A stretch of 64,000 bases of DNA from Candidatus Hikarchaeia archaeon HikBin5 (GTDB lineage Archaea; Halobacteriota; Halobacteria; Halobacteriales; Hikarchaeaceae), in contig WTZU01000002.1 of assembly GCA_009889625.1 (NCBI GenBank), positions 12,472 to 76,471 of the forward strand, given 5' to 3'. Below are positions 60,912 to 64,000 of the stretch, one piece after another (within the stretch, counting starts at the first letter, position 1; each line of letters starts with the position of its first letter). The position numbers were made by a program, and so were the translations under genes. The notes under the pieces were generated by a model. It saw nothing but the letters and a program-made list of their open reading frames with translations. It was not told the DNA's origin and ran no database searches.

Positions 60912-61121
60912 TTAATTATGGGGAATGTTCCTCTTGGCGATTCGGTAGTATTTCAAAGTGTGGATTGAACCGAAAAGACCTAGAAGTAGTAAAAATATAC
61001 TGACAACATATCTTTGTTCAAACCACCATAAAAGAAATCCAATTGAAATTGAAAAGAACGACAAGTTAAACAAAAATACAATGGTCCAGAACTGTTGTGA
61101 GAGGGGATGATCAGTGAACAT
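60912..61121 (-). CDS. Small two-TM hypothetical protein
   Basis: FW..V..FN......G.LL..F...; same position and pattern as small membrane genes between haloarchaeal rad50 and polB. Confidence 0.6.
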   Translation of the reverse strand: MFTDHPLSQQFWTIVFLFNLSFFSISIGFLLWWFEQRYVVSIFLLLLGLFGSIHTLKYYRIAKRNIPHN

Positions 61122-61230
61122 GATCGAGGAGAGATTGCCGAAGTAGAAAAGAGACTAGGATGAGAATTCACCTATGGTTTATAATAGAGATATGAATAAT
61201 AGGCGGATTTGAGCGGGATTACAGGGGTTT

Positions 61231-61237
61231 TTTTAAG
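61231..61237 (+). promoter_or_regulatory. Putative TATA box for leaderless polB transcript
   Basis: TTTTAAG 24-30 nt upstream of the ATG; similar spacing upstream of rps17e (tttaag 50334-39) and SUI1 (ttttta 8587-92). Confidence 0.5.
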
Positions 61238-61260
61238 AGAGAAGGCCTAATAACCAAAAG

Positions 61261-64000
61261 ATGGGTCAATCAGATTTAAGTTTATTTGGAGAAGAAGTAG
61301 AAATCGGAGGGGGTGTAGATATGGAAATGGGAGAGAAATTAAAAGAAATAAAAACAGAGGTGCAAAAAGGGTTTTTGGAACTAGCTGTTTTTCAGATCAA
61401 CTACACACTTAGGAGAGTTGGAGATGTAGAAAAACCAATCATACATATTTTTGGAAGAACTATAGAAAATGAAGCGGAGCATGTTATTGTTCATGGATTC
61501 CGCCCATATTTGTACACACTAGAATCCACATTCCGTCGAGAGGTTGCAGAGGGAATACCAGGAGTTACTGGATGGGAACGTGAAAATGAAAATGGAGAGG
61601 ATTATATTAGCATCAAGGGGGAAAGGTTGGTCAAAATATATGGCCAGACCCCTAGAGATGTAGGAAAATTTAGAGAAGAATTTGATCACTATGAGGCAGA
61701 CATCCTATTTCCAAATAGATTTCTGATTGACAAGGATATCGGAAGTGGCATACGGATACCGGAACGGAGGAACTCAGAGGGAGATATAGAAGTGGGCTAT
61801 GAAGATGTAGTGGCAGCAGATGTTTCTAGTGATTTGAGAATTAATACTTTTGATATAGAAGTAGAAGACAGGAATGGTTTTCCAGAAAATGGAGAAGAAA
61901 CTATTTTGTGCATATCGAGTCACGATTCATATACAAACGAATACATTGCATGGATACATGGTTGTGATAAGAGCGACGTTGATGTGGAGGAGCACCTATT
62001 AATAGATAAAAATGCATCGGCGAGCACATATATCTTTGAAACAGAAGAAGAAATGCTCGAAGCATTTATAGATTATATCGAAGAGACAGATCCTGATGTA
62101 CTTACTGGATGGAATTTTGTAGATTTCGATATATCATATTTCGTAGCTAGATTGAAAAAATTGGATAAAAACACAGAATTTAGTATTGATTTCAACCGGC
62201 TGTCAAGGATAGAAGAAGTCTGGGAAAATAATTGGAGGGGTCCAAACATCAAGGGCAGAATTGCATTTGATTTATTATACGCTTATAGAAGAACCAATTT
62301 CTCAGAATTGGAATCATATAGGCTTGACGCAGTTGCCATGACAGAATTGGGAATTGGAAAAGAACGATACATTGGGACGATTGGAGCCCTATGGGAAACG
62401 GACCCATCGCAATTATTGAGGTATAATATTAGAGATGTGGAATTGTGTGTTGAGATTGATCGTAAACAAGGGATCATCCCGTTCTGGAAAGAGGTTGCAG
62501 CATTTGTAGGTTGTAAGTTAGAGGATGCGACCACACCGGGAGATACAGTAGATATGTTAGTACTTCACAAAGTGCGGGGGAAATTTGTACTTCCATCAAA
62601 GAGAAGGGCCCAATCGGAGGATTATGAAGGAGGACAAGTTCTCACCCCAACAAAGGGAGTAAGAGAGATGGTGGCTGTTTTGGATTTAAAATCATTGTAT
62701 CCCATGTGCATGGTGACGCTTAATGCTTCTCCAGAAACAAAAGTAGGAGAACAATACGATGGTGAGATCTATACGGCCCCAAATGGACAGGTGTTTCGAA
62801 GAGAACCGATTGGGATAATAAGAGAAATGGTAGATGGCCTATTGAAAGAAAGGGAAGGGAAAAAGGAACAGAGAGAGAAATATGATCGTGAAACTATAGA
62901 ATACGATAGATTTGATCGTCAGCAAGCGGCGGTAAAGGTTATAATGAATTCGCTATATGGTGTTTTAGGATGGGAACGTTTTAGACTATATGACAAAGAT
63001 ATGGCAGATGCAGTTACTGCTACGGGGAGGGAAGTAATCCGGCATACACAGAAGATAGCCAATGAGTTGGGGTATAACGTTGCGTATGGTGATACAGATT
63101 CTATTATGTTGGAACTAAAAAGTCAAGAAATGAATTCCCAAGAAGTGGGAGAGGATTTGTTGAGAGAAAATGCATTAGAAACTGCAATTGAAATTCAAAG
63201 TAAGATAAATGAATCATATGGAAAATTCGCAAAACAAAAATTGAATGCGGATGACCATCACTTCGAGATTGAATTTGAAAAATTATATAGGAGATTTTTT
63301 CAGACAGGTAGAAAAAAAAGATATGCAGGACATATAATTTGGAAAGATGGGAGGGATGTAGATGATATCGACATAGTTGGGTTTGAATATAGAAGATCGG
63401 ATAATTCGCCGATAACTAGAATGACACAACAAGCAGTGATAGAGAAAATAGTTCGGGGGAGATCGTTAGATGAGGTTAAGAAATATATACAAAATGTGAT
63501 AAAGGATTTTGAAAAGGGAAATTTAGATATAGAAGAGATCGGGATACCAGGAGGAATAGGGAAAAAGCTAGAAGAGTATGAAACAGAACCAGCCCATATT
63601 CGAGGTGCAAAATATGCAAATGCAGTATTGGGTACAAATTTTGATCGAGGTTCGAAGCCAAAGCGTGTGTATCTTAAAAGGGTCGATTCAATATTTTTTG
63701 AAAATTATAGGAAAGAAAATTCAGACATATTTCCTGCAGAGGGAGAGATTACAGAGGATCAACGGGGATTAACAGCCGGTCAGAGACAGAAAAGAAAAAC
63801 ATTTACAGAATTTCAAATGAAACAGGATGTGATATCTTTTGAATTTGCCGATCAGATCCCAGATAGTTTTGTAATAGATTGGGAATTGATGCTAGAAAAA
63901 GACATCAAAGGCCCTATTGAAAGAATATTAGATGGGATAGATATGTCGTGGGAAGAAATTAGGAGCGGTCAGCAGCAAACAGGCCTAGGCCAATACATGT
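61261..64000 (+). CDS. polB: Family B DNA polymerase PolB (not in ORF track; runs to window edge, apparently missing only the stop codon)
   Basis: Frame from ATG 61261: FDIEV, GWN...FD, LDLKSLYP (~62680), KVIMNSLYG (~62935), YGDTDS (~63085), KKRYAG; ends QQTGLGQYM followed by t at 64000. Confidence 0.95.
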   Translation, partial: MGQSDLSLFGEEVEIGGGVDMEMGEKLKEIKTEVQKGFLELAVFQINYTLRRVGDVEKPIIHIFGRTIENEAEHVIVHGFRPYLYTLESTFRREVAEGIPGVTGWERENENGEDYISIKGERLVKIYGQTPRDVGKFREEFDHYEADILFPNRFLIDKDIGSGIRIPERRNSEGDIEVGYEDVVAADVSSDLRINTFDIEVEDRNGFPENGEETILCISSHDSYTNEYIAWIHGCDKSDVDVEEHLLIDKNASASTYIFETEEEMLEAFIDYIEETDPDVLTGWNFVDFDISYFVARLKKLDKNTEFSIDFNRLSRIEEVWENNWRGPNIKGRIAFDLLYAYRRTNFSELESYRLDAVAMTELGIGKERYIGTIGALWETDPSQLLRYNIRDVELCVEIDRKQGIIPFWKEVAAFVGCKLEDATTPGDTVDMLVLHKVRGKFVLPSKRRAQSEDYEGGQVLTPTKGVREMVAVLDLKSLYPMCMVTLNASPETKVGEQYDGEIYTAPNGQVFRREPIGIIREMVDGLLKEREGKKEQREKYDRETIEYDRFDRQQAAVKVIMNSLYGVLGWERFRLYDKDMADAVTATGREVIRHTQKIANELGYNVAYGDTDSIMLELKSQEMNSQEVGEDLLRENALETAIEIQSKINESYGKFAKQKLNADDHHFEIEFEKLYRRFFQTGRKKRYAGHIIWKDGRDVDDIDIVGFEYRRSDNSPITRMTQQAVIEKIVRGRSLDEVKKYIQNVIKDFEKGNLDIEEIGIPGGIGKKLEEYETEPAHIRGAKYANAVLGTNFDRGSKPKRVYLKRVDSIFFENYRKENSDIFPAEGEITEDQRGLTAGQRQKRKTFTEFQMKQDVISFEFADQIPDSFVIDWELMLEKDIKGPIERILDGIDMSWEEIRSGQQQTGLGQYM

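Overview
64 kb of a densely coding archaeal chromosome. Gene content and order closely resemble Halobacteria (e.g. hisE-pdxT-sec61beta-trx-npdG-HAD-UPF0146-amzA-ABCE1; PAN-HTH-mre11-rad50-polB; crtD-lyeJ-cruF; F420 genes). However, the DNA is visibly AT-rich and the proteins are not strongly acidic. This suggests, by inference, a streamlined non-halophilic relative of haloarchaea such as Marine Group IV/Hikarchaeia. Features absent from the ORF track: tRNA-Val(CAC), a C/D-box guide sRNA candidate, Sec61beta, two microproteins and a near-complete, intein-free PolB at the right edge. The most unusual content is a set of oxidative/catabolic genes scattered among housekeeping genes. It comprises a tandem pair of metal-binding cupins present twice (9.0-10.3 kb and 31.9-33.4 kb), a Rieske ferredoxin plus an amidohydrolase-fold protein with the ligand pattern of dinuclear oxygenases, an orphan nitrile hydratase beta subunit, an orphan molybdenum hydroxylase large subunit, a Zn alcohol dehydrogenase, an ornithine cyclodeaminase-like protein, and a Fix/ETF operon whose ETF-alpha carries three N-terminal helical repeats. 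No CRISPR array, transposase or integrase was seen. All calls come from reading motifs by eye; no database searches were run.
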